Assembly: GCF_001457615.1 (NCBI RefSeq)
Contig: NZ_LN831024.1
Location: forward strand, 1,860,001 to 1,892,000
Length of the DNA: 32,000 nt
DNA from: Pseudomonas aeruginosa
Lineage (GTDB): Bacteria; Pseudomonadota; Gammaproteobacteria; Pseudomonadales; Pseudomonadaceae
Reading direction: 5' to 3'
Shown: one piece after another, positions 25,358 to 32,000 of the stretch
How the letters are laid out: every line of letters starts with the position of its first letter
How positions within the stretch are numbered: position 1 is the stretch's first letter
The notes under the pieces: generated by a model
The model's input: the letters and a program-made list of their open reading frames with translations, nothing else
What the model was told of the DNA's origin: nothing
The model's database searches: none
Translations under genes and position numbers: made by a program

Positions 25358-26409
25358 GGCTATTGATTGTCAGCGACGCCTGGTTACCGCAAGTCAACGG
25401 AGTCGTCACCAGCCTGCTGGCCCTGCAGCGCGAGCTGGAACTGCTGGGCCACCAGGTACGGGTGCTGTCGCCCGCCGACTTCCGCTGCCTGCCCTGTCCC
25501 AGCTATCCGGAAATCCCCCTGGCCTGGAACCTCTGGCGCCTCGGCGGGTTGATCGAGGCCTTCGCCCCGGATGCCGTGCACCTGGCCACCGAGGGGCCGC
25601 TCGGCTGGGCCGCGCGGCGCTGGCTGGGCAAGCGCGGCCTGGACTTCACCTCGGCGATCCATACGCGCTTTCCCGAATACCTGCGTGACCGCTGTCCGTG
25701 GCTGCCGTTGTCCTGGGGCTATGCCTTCCTGCGCACCTTCCATCGGCCGAGCCGGGCGGTGCTGGTGAGCACCCCGCGCCTGCGCGACGAGTTCTGCGCC
25801 TGGCGCTTCCAGCACCTGCGGCTGTGGCGCAAGGGCGTCGATACCGAACTGTTCCATCCCGCCGAGACACCTCCGGCGAAAGAGCGGCCGCCGGTGTTCC
25901 TGTATGTCGGGCGGCTGGCGACGGAAAAGAACCTGGAGGCGTTCCTCGATCTCGAACTGCCGGGCGAAAAATGGCTGGTGGGCGACGGCCCGCAGCGGGC
26001 GGCGCTGGAGCAGCGCTATCCACAGGCGCGTTTTCTCGGCTACCGCCATGGCCGCGCGCTGGCCGACGCCTACCGGGCGGCCTCGGTGCTGGTGTTCCCC
26101 TCGCTGACCGATACCTATGGCCTGGTGATGCTCGAAGCCCTGGCCTGTGGCGTGCCGGTGGCGGCCTTCGCCGTGCCGGGGCCGCTGGATGTATTGCAGC
26201 AGGGCGTGACCGGGGTCATGCACGAGGATCTTGGCGAAGCCTGCCGCCAGGCGCTGGCGCTGGATCGCCAGGCCTGCGGGCGCTGGGCGCGGGAGCAGTC
26301 CTGGCGGGTTTCGGCGGAGGAGTTCCTGGCGCTGCAGGCGAGCGGCCCGCGGACTGCGCCGGAATGGCGCGACGAACTGCCGGCGGCGTTCGACGAACTT
26401 AGAGGATGA
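25354..26409 (+). CDS. agt1: GT4/GT1-family glycosyltransferase (diacylglycerol glycolipid synthase type)
   Basis: The track ORF was trimmed to MRLLIVSDAWLPQVNGVV, whose ATG at 25354 overlaps the plcP stop (ATGA). It has a C-terminal EX7E-type block (FPSLTDTYGLVMLEALACGVPV). The symbol is from memory. Confidence 0.85.
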   Translation: MRLLIVSDAWLPQVNGVVTSLLALQRELELLGHQVRVLSPADFRCLPCPSYPEIPLAWNLWRLGGLIEAFAPDAVHLATEGPLGWAARRWLGKRGLDFTSAIHTRFPEYLRDRCPWLPLSWGYAFLRTFHRPSRAVLVSTPRLRDEFCAWRFQHLRLWRKGVDTELFHPAETPPAKERPPVFLYVGRLATEKNLEAFLDLELPGEKWLVGDGPQRAALEQRYPQARFLGYRHGRALADAYRAASVLVFPSLTDTYGLVMLEALACGVPVAAFAVPGPLDVLQQGVTGVMHEDLGEACRQALALDRQACGRWAREQSWRVSAEEFLALQASGPRTAPEWRDELPAAFDELRG

Positions 26410-27790
26410 CCTTGTCGCGCAGGCGTTCGGCGGCCTGTTGCAGGGCCTGGATGACCCGTTCCTTGTCGTAGTTCTGGATGTTGTTGGTGTCCAGGTACAT
26501 GGAGAAGCCGGGCAATTCGTGCTCGACGTAGCTGGGCGCGGCGCCGAGGTCGCGGCGCGAGTCCACCACCTGGTAGATCTGCACCGGGCGGCTGAAGCCC
26601 TTGACCGCGATCTGGCCCTTGTCGCGGCACATGATCACGTCCTTGATCAGCGAGTAGGTCTCGTGGGAAATGAGGATTTCGCCGGCTTCCGAGGCGCTTT
26701 CCAGGCGGCTGGCGAGGTTCACCTCGCGGCCGATGATGGTGTAGTCCATGCGCGTGTCGGCGCCGAAGTTGCCCACCGTGCAATAGCCGGTGTTGATGCC
26801 CATGCGGATTTCCAGCGGCTTGGTGATGCCCTGGGCCCGCCACTGCTGGCGTAGCACCTTCATGTGCTTGCGCATGGCGATGCCCATCGATACCGCAGCC
26901 ACGGCGTCCTTCTTCGCGCCCTGGGTGCTGGGGTCGCCGAAGAACACCATGACGCAGTCGCCGACGAACTTGTCGATGGTGCCGCCGTACTTGAGGGCGA
27001 TCTTCGACATTTCGTTGAGGTAGTTGTTGAGCAGGTCGGTCAGGGCCTCGGCTTCCAGTTCCTCGGATAGCTCGGTGAAGCCGCGGATGTCGGAGAAGAA
27101 CACGGTGAGCTTCTTGCGCTGGGTTTCCAGGCGCACGCTCTTCTTGCCGCTGAAGATCATTTCCCAGACCTGCGGCGACAGGTACTTGGCCAGGTTGCGC
27201 GCGAGCCGCGCGGCCTTTTCCTGCTCGCGGGCGATCTCCTGGCGCACCTGGGCCAGGCGCAGGCCCTGCTGGTGGCCGAAGAAGGCGGTGATGCAGATGT
27301 ACAGTCCGCAGAACAGGATGCTGACCGCGGCCACCTCGACCGGGGTATTGCCCAGCAGCGGCGGGGCGACGAGCACGGCGACCAGCAGGGCGCTGCTGGC
27401 CGATACCAGCAAGGCCATGCCGAGCAGGCGCAGGCCGCCGATGACCAGCGCGGTGAAGCTCAGCACCAGCAGGAACATCAGGCTGGGCACCACGGAGAAG
27501 CCGAGCAGCGCCATGCCCAGGCCACAGTGCACGGCGTCGACCGCGAGCAGGGCGCGGGTCACCTTGCGCGGGTCGTGCTGGCGGAAGCGCTGGCCGAGGT
27601 GGTACGCCAGGTGCGGGTAGAGCAGCGCATAGGGCACCATCCAGAGGATGCCGTAGCTGAAATACTGGGTGTAGGTTCCCGCCGCGATGCTGGCGCCACA
27701 GGCGATATAGGCCAGCACGCGCGAATAGTATTCACGCATGGACGCGACGGACCGGCTCGTCGGCGAGCGGTCGGGGAGGGTAGGCTTCAT
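26399..27790 (-). CDS. cyaB: Class III adenylate cyclase with N-terminal MASE2-type membrane domain
   Basis: The track ORF was trimmed to MKPTLPDRS (463 aa). No SD is visible, so the start is uncertain. It has six N-terminal TM helices and a cyclase core (LTVFFSDIRGFTELSE ... GINTGYCTVGNFG). Confidence 0.9.
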   Translation of the reverse strand: MKPTLPDRSPTSRSVASMREYYSRVLAYIACGASIAAGTYTQYFSYGILWMVPYALLYPHLAYHLGQRFRQHDPRKVTRALLAVDAVHCGLGMALLGFSVVPSLMFLLVLSFTALVIGGLRLLGMALLVSASSALLVAVLVAPPLLGNTPVEVAAVSILFCGLYICITAFFGHQQGLRLAQVRQEIAREQEKAARLARNLAKYLSPQVWEMIFSGKKSVRLETQRKKLTVFFSDIRGFTELSEELEAEALTDLLNNYLNEMSKIALKYGGTIDKFVGDCVMVFFGDPSTQGAKKDAVAAVSMGIAMRKHMKVLRQQWRAQGITKPLEIRMGINTGYCTVGNFGADTRMDYTIIGREVNLASRLESASEAGEILISHETYSLIKDVIMCRDKGQIAVKGFSRPVQIYQVVDSRRDLGAAPSYVEHELPGFSMYLDTNNIQNYDKERVIQALQQAAERLRDKVIL

Positions 27791-28006
27791 GCGCTGGAGA
27801 GGATCCCTGTGTATTTTCGTCCCGGCTCGGCCTCGTGAGCTTTCCGCCTGGGGAATGGCGGGTGGCCAGGTTGCTGGCGGAATCTTAACCAAGCGTTTGC
27901 GCGGCGGCCAGTGACAGCTGATCGATAGTTCAGGAAAGCGCGCCGATCCGGGACCGACGGTCGTCCCGGGGGAGCGACCGGCCCGGGGGCCAGCCGCGCG
28001 GATGGG

Positions 28007-28324
28007 TCAGAAGCGGATGCGGCCGGTGAAAGCGTCCTTGAGCATCACCCAGTCGCCCATGAACGACCACAGCGGGTACTTGAAGGTGGCCGGGCGGTTC
28101 TTCTCGAAGACGAAGTGGCCGACCCAGGCGAAGCCGTAGCCCACCAGCGGCAGCGCCAGCAGCCATAGCCACTGCTGGCTGGCCACGGCGTGGAAGAGCA
28201 CCGCCAGCACCAGCAGGCTGCCGACGTAGTGCAGGCGGCGGCACACCGCGTTGCTGTGTTCCTGCAGGTAGTAGGGGTAGAACTCGGCGAAACTGTGGAA
28301 ACGCTCGTCATCAGGGCTGCTCAT
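28007..28324 (-). CDS. DUF962 (Mpo1-like) membrane protein
   Basis: 105 aa with FAEFYPYYLQEHSNAVCRRLHYVG followed by two TM helices. It has a GGAGG SD. Confidence 0.85.
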   Translation of the reverse strand: MSSPDDERFHSFAEFYPYYLQEHSNAVCRRLHYVGSLLVLAVLFHAVASQQWLWLLALPLVGYGFAWVGHFVFEKNRPATFKYPLWSFMGDWVMLKDAFTGRIRF

Positions 28325-28466
28325 GGAATGCCTCCTCTCGTTGTGTCCGCGCAGTGTAGTGCGGGCCGCACGATGTCGCGGATGACATACAGGGCCAGTT
28401 TAGTATCCTTGGGCCGCCAGGCCGGACGACGGTCGGCGTGCCTCCCGCCAGAACAAGAAGAGACCG

Positions 28467-29480
28467 ATGCCGGAACGTACAACCTTGTCCAGCTGGGTCC
28501 AGGGCATCGTCCTCGCCCTGGAGCTGGAAGGCCTAGACGGACGCCAGCTGTTCGCCGAGCTGGGCCTCGACTACCAGGCCTTGCAGGACCCCGACGCGCG
28601 CTTCCCGCAGGACGCCATGAGCCGTCTGTGGCAGCGTGCGGTGGCGCTCAGCGGCAACCCGGCGATCGCCCTGAACATCGCCCGGGTCCGGCGCCCGGCT
28701 TTCCACGTCGTCGGCTATGCGCTGATGTCGAGCCGCAACCTGGCGGAAGGCTTCGCGCGCCTGGAGCGCTACCAGCGGATCATCGCGGAAGCGTCCGACC
28801 TGACTTTCCGCCGCACGCCGCAGGGCTATCGAATCGGCGTCACGGTGCATGGCGATCGCCTGCCGGCGCCACCGCAGAGTGCCGAATGCTCGCTGGCCTA
28901 CCTGGTGGACATGGTCCGCTGGATCACCGGCCGGTCGCTGGACCCGCTGGCGGTGGAACTGCCCGGCGCGCCCCGCGAGCCGCTGGCACCCTATGTCGAG
29001 CTGTTCCGCGCGCCGCTGCGCTTTCACGCCGAGGAGTTCGCGCTGGTGTTTTCCCGCGTCGACCTCGAGACGCCGCTACCCTCGGCCAACGAGGCGCTGG
29101 CCCAGTTGCACGATCGCTTCGCCGGCGAATACCTGGCGCGTTTCAGTACCAGCCGCATTACCCATCTGACCCGGCAGACCTTGTGCCGGCTGCTGCCGCA
29201 GGGAGAACCCAAGCGCGAACGGGTGGCCCAGGCGCTGCACCTGTCGCAGCGCACCTTGCAACGGCGCCTCCAGGAAGAAGGCACCAGCTACCAGCAACTG
29301 CTCGACGACACGCGCCGGGATATGGCCGAACAGTATCTCCAGCAGCCCGGCCTGACCTTGCTGGAAGTCGCCTACCTGCTGGGTTTCGCCGATCCGAGCA
29401 ATTTCTTCCGGGCATTCCGCCGCTGGTTCGGCTGCACGCCCAACGAATACCGGGCGCGCCGCCAGGAGCGCCCGGGCTAG
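28467..29480 (+). CDS. AraC family transcriptional regulator (arabinose-binding-like N-terminal domain)
   Basis: 337 aa with a C-terminal HTH pair (VAQALHLSQRTLQRRL ... VAYLLGFADPSNFFRAFRRWFGCTPNEYR). Confidence 0.9.
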   Translation: MPERTTLSSWVQGIVLALELEGLDGRQLFAELGLDYQALQDPDARFPQDAMSRLWQRAVALSGNPAIALNIARVRRPAFHVVGYALMSSRNLAEGFARLERYQRIIAEASDLTFRRTPQGYRIGVTVHGDRLPAPPQSAECSLAYLVDMVRWITGRSLDPLAVELPGAPREPLAPYVELFRAPLRFHAEEFALVFSRVDLETPLPSANEALAQLHDRFAGEYLARFSTSRITHLTRQTLCRLLPQGEPKRERVAQALHLSQRTLQRRLQEEGTSYQQLLDDTRRDMAEQYLQQPGLTLLEVAYLLGFADPSNFFRAFRRWFGCTPNEYRARRQERPG

Positions 29481-29502
29481 TCGCCAGGCCAGGCGGGACG
29501 CT

Positions 29503-30147
29503 TCAGGGCTGCACGGCGGGTTGCGCCGAGGCCTGGCGTAGGGTCCAGTCGAGAACCTGGGCCGACAGCGTATCGCCGGCCTTGCCGAAGGCGCTGACCA
29601 CCGCCGCGACCTTCTTGCCATCCACCGGCTGGCTGACCTCGAAACGCCGGCTGGCGACCACGCGCTTGTCGTCGGTACGCACCAGGCGCGCGTCGTAGCG
29701 GATCAGCGCGCTGGCCTGGCCGTTCGGGTACTCGGTCTGGAAGGCGCGAAGGTCGCCGCCCAGTTCGAAATCGGCCTGCAGGTTGCTGTCGTCGCTGCTC
29801 AGGCCGCGGACCCGGCCGTCGGCCTGGAACGCCTGCATCAGACGATCGCGCAGCAGCGACGGCGCCGGATCGCTCCAGCGCGCGCCCTGGTACACGCTGA
29901 TTTCGTCGCCGTGCGGGCGCACCGCGATGCGCGGGCTCTCCAGCACCAGGCTGGTACGCGGCCGGGCGATCCGCAGCGACCAGTCGACCGGCCGCGCGGC
30001 GGCGCTGGCCGGAGGGTTGTGCACCGGTAGCAGGTAGACCTGGAGGACCTGCGCCTCCGGCAGGATCGAGCAGGCGCCGAGGGTGGCGAGCGCGGCCAGG
30101 CCGGCGGCCAGGGACAGGCGACGCAGCGGGCGAAGGGCGAGCCTCAT
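29503..30147 (-). CDS. ABC-type transport auxiliary lipoprotein (DUF330 / PqiC-like) of the MCE system
   Basis: Only the last 214 codons of track ORF 29503..31005 are called. The signal and lipobox read MRLALRPLRRLSLAAGLAALATLGAC. The ATG at 30147 overlaps the MCE gene stop (ATGA). Confidence 0.85.
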   Translation of the reverse strand: MRLALRPLRRLSLAAGLAALATLGACSILPEAQVLQVYLLPVHNPPASAAARPVDWSLRIARPRTSLVLESPRIAVRPHGDEISVYQGARWSDPAPSLLRDRLMQAFQADGRVRGLSSDDSNLQADFELGGDLRAFQTEYPNGQASALIRYDARLVRTDDKRVVASRRFEVSQPVDGKKVAAVVSAFGKAGDTLSAQVLDWTLRQASAQPAVQP

Positions 30148-31082
30148 GGGGTGAACTCCTTGGTTTTTTCCCGGCCCAGCAGGTAGTTCGCCGGGTTCTC
30201 TTCCAGGCGCCGGCTGATTCCGCGCAGTGCCGCCAGGGTATCGCGCAGTTCGCTGACCGCCGGGCCCAGCTCGGCGAGTCCCTGGATGCCGCCGTCCAGC
30301 GAGTGGCGATTCTCGCTGATCAACTGGTCGAGGGTGGCGCTGGTGCGCTCCAGCGAAGCCATGGTCTTGTTGGCGTTTTCCAGCATCCCCTTGCCTTGCT
30401 CGTTGAGCAGGCCGTTGGCGCTGCGCATCAACTCGCTGGCCTGGGCCAGGGCGGCGTTGGCCTGCCTGCTCGCCTGGGCCAACTGCTGCATCACCGCGCT
30501 GACGTTCTCGCGCTCGGCGGAGAGCGCGCCGGTGGCCTGGTCGAGATGGTCGAGGGTGCGGCTGATGCGCGCTGTGTTTTCCTCGGAGAGCAGGTTGCTG
30601 AAGCGCGCGATGAGCTGGTTGATGTTGCCCATCAGGTCTTCGCCGTTGCTCAGTAACTGGGTCAGCGGCGAGGGCGTGGCGACGATCACCGGGATCTTCC
30701 CGTCCTTGCCCTCCAGCATCGGGCTGGCGGGCGTGCCGCTGCTGAGCTGGATGATCGAGGTGCCGGTGATCCCGGTGAGCGCCAGCTTGGCGGTGGTGTC
30801 CTGCTTGATCGGCGCGCTGGCCACCACGCGGATGCGTGCCCAGACCTTGCGCGGGTCCTTCGGATCGAGGCGGAGGAAGGCCACGTCGCCGACCTTGATC
30901 CCGCTGTACTGCACCGAGCTGCCCTGGGAAAGGCCGCTGACCGCTTCGTTGAAGACGATGTCGTAGTAGTTGAACTTGCCCTCCGAGCCGGACTTGGCCA
31001 GCCACAGGCCGAAGAGCAGGGCGGCGCCGATCACGATCACGCTGAACAGGCCGATCAACACATGGTGGGCTCGGGTTTCCAT
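30144..31082 (-). CDS. MCE/MlaD family substrate-binding protein
   Basis: 312 aa with an N-terminal TM helix (HHVLIGLFSVIVIGAALLFGLWL) and an MCE domain (VSGLSQGSSVQYSGIKVGDV). The C-terminal half is long and helical. Confidence 0.9.
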   Translation of the reverse strand: METRAHHVLIGLFSVIVIGAALLFGLWLAKSGSEGKFNYYDIVFNEAVSGLSQGSSVQYSGIKVGDVAFLRLDPKDPRKVWARIRVVASAPIKQDTTAKLALTGITGTSIIQLSSGTPASPMLEGKDGKIPVIVATPSPLTQLLSNGEDLMGNINQLIARFSNLLSEENTARISRTLDHLDQATGALSAERENVSAVMQQLAQASRQANAALAQASELMRSANGLLNEQGKGMLENANKTMASLERTSATLDQLISENRHSLDGGIQGLAELGPAVSELRDTLAALRGISRRLEENPANYLLGREKTKEFTP

Positions 31083-31083
31083 C

Positions 31084-31878
31084 TCAGTGATTCTCCGGCA
31101 CGGCGGCGGCTTGGTGGGCGGCGCGCCCGCGCGGCCCGTGGAAGTATTCGCGGACCCAGGCGTCGTCGGTGGCGGCGACCCGTTCCAGGGTATCGACTAC
31201 CAGGACCTTCTTCTGCGACAGCACGGCGACCCGGTCGCAGATGGTGTACAGGGTGTCCAGGTCATGGGTGACCAGGAACACGGTCAGGCCGAGGGCGTCG
31301 CGCAGGGTACGGATCAGGTTGTCGAAGGCCGCCGCGCCGATCGGGTCGAGGCCGGCGGTGGGCTCGTCGAGGAACAGGATGTCCGGGTCCAGCGCCAGGG
31401 CGCGGGCCAGGGCGGCGCGCTTGATCATGCCGCCGGAAAGCGAGGCCGGATACTTGTCGCCGGCGTTGGCCGGTAGCCCGGCCAGGGCCAGCTTGACCTG
31501 GGCCAGGTGCTCGGCGTCGGCGCGCGGCAGGCCGGCGTTCTCGATCAGCGGCAGGGCGACGTTCTCCACCACGGTAAGCGAGGAAAACAGCGCGCCCTGC
31601 TGGAACAGCACGCCGAAGCGCCGTTCGACCAGGGAGCGGCGCTCCTCTGGCAGTTGCAGCAGGTCTTCGCCGAACACCCGCACGCTGCCGGAGGTCGGCC
31701 GGCGCAGGCCGACGATGCTGCGCAGCAGCACCGACTTGCCGGTGCCGGAGCCGCCGACCACGCCGAGGATCTCGCCGCGACGGACGTCGAGGTCGAGGTG
31801 CTCGTGGACCGCCTGGGCGCCGAAACGGTTGCACAGGTCGCGGACCTGGATGATCGCCTGCGGGTTGTCCTGGTTCAC
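31084..31878 (-). CDS. ABC transporter ATP-binding protein (MlaF-like)
   Basis: 264 aa with a GTG start. Walker A is GGSGTGKS, the signature is LSGGMIKRAALAR and Walker B is ILFLDEPTAGLD. Confidence 0.95.
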   Translation of the reverse strand: MNQDNPQAIIQVRDLCNRFGAQAVHEHLDLDVRRGEILGVVGGSGTGKSVLLRSIVGLRRPTSGSVRVFGEDLLQLPEERRSLVERRFGVLFQQGALFSSLTVVENVALPLIENAGLPRADAEHLAQVKLALAGLPANAGDKYPASLSGGMIKRAALARALALDPDILFLDEPTAGLDPIGAAAFDNLIRTLRDALGLTVFLVTHDLDTLYTICDRVAVLSQKKVLVVDTLERVAATDDAWVREYFHGPRGRAAHQAAAVPENH

Positions 31879-32000
31879 CAGCCCATCTCCATGAAGAACA
31901 GCGCGGCGAGGGCGTCGAGCAGGATCACCACGAAGATCGAGTGGACCACGCTGGTGGTGGTGTGCTCGCCCACCGACTGGGCGCTGCCGCTGACCTTGAA
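31875..32000 (-). CDS. MlaE-like ABC permease, C-terminal fragment; the gene continues past the window edge
   Basis: My minus-strand translation gives ...FKVSGSAQSVGEHTTTSVVHSIFVVILLDALAALFFMEMGW*, the conserved MlaE C-terminus. Its stop overlaps the ATPase start (GTGA). Confidence 0.8.
   Translation of the reverse strand, partial: FKVSGSAQSVGEHTTTSVVHSIFVVILLDALAALFFMEMGW

Noticed and set aside
27911-27926. A Vfr/CRP-like half-site (GTGACAGCTGATCGAT) upstream of cyaB.
   Set aside because: Only the left GTGA half matches TGTGA-N6-TCACA. The right half (TCGAT) matches 2 of 5. The adjacent CAGCTG and ATCGAT hexamers are trivial palindromes.

Overview
The window is very GC-rich, densely coding (36 CDS, one truncated at the right edge) and reads as ordinary Pseudomonas aeruginosa-type core chromosome. 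From memory, not checked against any database, the gene order matches PAO1 PA3246 (rluA) down to PA3211, with no inserted genes. Left to right: rluA and minCDE; htrB/lpxL; a patatin-like lipase; pirin; an MlaA/VacJ-like protein paired with an alpha/beta hydrolase; a DUF2061 protein; the orphan betaine-binding protein; and yjcH-actP. Next come a cNMP-like/CBS/nucleotidyltransferase gene coupled to a DEDDh exonuclease, a DUF3309 peptide, two REP-type repeats, a DUF482 GNAT-like protein and a DUF2790 protein. Then a LysR-hydrolase-ppiA-ABC exporter cluster, a small secreted protein, azoR, an EamA transporter, csaA and an AraC regulator. The right end holds the plcP-agt glycolipid operon, cyaB, a DUF962 protein, a second AraC regulator and an MCE/Mla-like ABC system. 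I found no rRNA, tRNA, CRISPR, integrase, transposase, phage or recognisable defence genes. The many long opposite-strand ORFs in the track are GC-driven shadow ORFs. I do not see a convincing new multi-gene system. The best leads are the nucleotidyltransferase-exonuclease pair behind actP, which has no assigned function as far as I know, and the cysteine-free MlaA-like protein coupled to a serine hydrolase. The others are sequence-level regulatory sites: a four-repeat Pho box array before plcP-agt, two exact ATCA-N5-GTCGAT LysR/MexT-type boxes before the DUF2790 gene and azoR, an anti-SD hairpin and palindrome before azoR, and an 11-bp convergent overlap of agt with cyaB. All family and function calls rest on motifs read by eye, and no searches were run.
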